NCBI RefSeq assembly: GCF_006345805.1
Contig: NW_021835990.1
Span: 62,001-126,000 of the forward strand
Direction of reading: 5' to 3'
Length of the DNA stretch: 64,000 bases
Source: Octopus sinensis
Taxonomy: Eukaryota
Position 1 is the stretch's first letter, and each line of letters opens with the position of its first letter. Below, piece after piece: positions 62,991-64,000 of this stretch. The position numbers were made by a program, and so were the translations under genes. The notes below the pieces were generated by a model. That model was not told the DNA's origin and ran no database searches. It saw nothing but the letters and a program-made list of their open reading frames with translations.

Positions 62991-63499
62991 ATTAAAATTT
63001 TCAAATCTCCTAATTTTCTATTATTAACTGATTAATTTAATTAAATGGAATTTTACTCCAAACCGTTTGTATCCACTTTCTTTTAGAAGAAAAGCATACT
63101 TTTGGCTAACTCTTATCTTCAATCATCACATTTAATTTAATCATTTTAACTTTTCGAGTTTCCACCACCGCATGTTATCCTCACAAACCGGTCGAAAGCA
63201 GAAGCTTACTTTTGTGTTCAATTAGCATACTACCAAGAGTTCTTTTCAACACAACTAATTAGATGTATGTTGCTTCTCCAATAGATAATTTATCCATTTA
63301 ATTTTGCAAGCATTTTTTGACAACTCCGTCTCAGGGCATAACTAGAGCAACCATAAAATTAACCTAAAAATCAAAAATTGAATATAAACCCTCCAAAGAA
63401 CCATTGAATATAAACCCTCCAAATACATCCGACTGCCTCTTAATCTCCAAACTAAATCTTTCGTGCACGTGGACAATACCCTATATCAGTCATCGTCAG

Positions 63500-64000
63500 G
63501 CCGGTTTTTCTGTTATGTTTCATGTCAAAAATCCTGGAAAGGCTGGTTCTTGGAAGAATAGAAGAATTTTTATTCAGAAGACATTTTCAGCATAGGTTCA
63601 AAAAGGCAGGTCCACGTCTTCATACTTACAATCATTGTCGGATTTCATTTGTACCGGTTTTGCAAGCAAACCGAAGCACCAAAAGACCTTTCTTTGCTCC
63701 GTAGACATTTACAAAGCCTTCGACTGTCTTGAAGAAGCTCTTATCAAGGAAGATATTCCAAACTAAATTTCCGCCGAAACTCAAACTATGGATCACTAAC
63801 TTTTAAGTAAACGAAGGGAAAGGGTGTGCTTCGGAGGACTGAAGTCCACGTCTCGTCTCCTGCCCAACAGAGTACCCCCTTATCCCCGGCCCTTTTCAAC
63901 TTTTTCATGGAAGATCTCCCGCCCTCTCTCGACAATAATGATATTGTCCTCTCATATGCGGATGATATCGTAATAGCCTCACGGGACATCCAGAAGGCCT
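63500..64000 (+). mobile_element. Degraded Jockey/I-like RT fragment running off the window
   Basis: MSKILERLV, VDIYKAFD, YADDIVIA. Multiple frameshifts. Confidence 0.85.

Overview
Eukaryotic nuclear DNA, AT-rich and dense in transposons, from an animal with very short spliceosomal introns (about 19-30 nt, GT..AG). An NK2-class homeobox, a TGIF-like homeobox and a spectrin-repeat gene point to a metazoan. The intron size and protein divergence suggest a reduced parasite (dicyemid- or myxozoan-like), which is inference only. Recognisable host genes: SUPT5H (5' part missing), WDR24, OSTM1-like, EEA1-like FYVE/coiled-coil, RING-H2, RPTOR, NPLOC4 and BRAP (3' parts only), NK2 homeobox, a PDZ protein, TGIF-like, a TRF-like telobox Myb, a spectrin-repeat protein, an SDR (3' part) and MIOS. 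They are interleaved with Tc1, IS630-like, pogo and hAT DNA transposons (one Tc1 intact, two nested insertions), a Helitron carrying a ~3.3 kb 96-bp satellite, and Jockey-, RTE-, CRE- and R2/NeSL-like LINE remnants. The top observation is that three apparently complete TORC1-pathway genes (WDR24, RPTOR, MIOS) lie on the same strand within ~48.5 kb. All protein calls come from hand translation and remembered family motifs, with no database search. Exon boundaries and many end coordinates are approximate. Several frameshifts fall in homopolymers and may be assembly errors.
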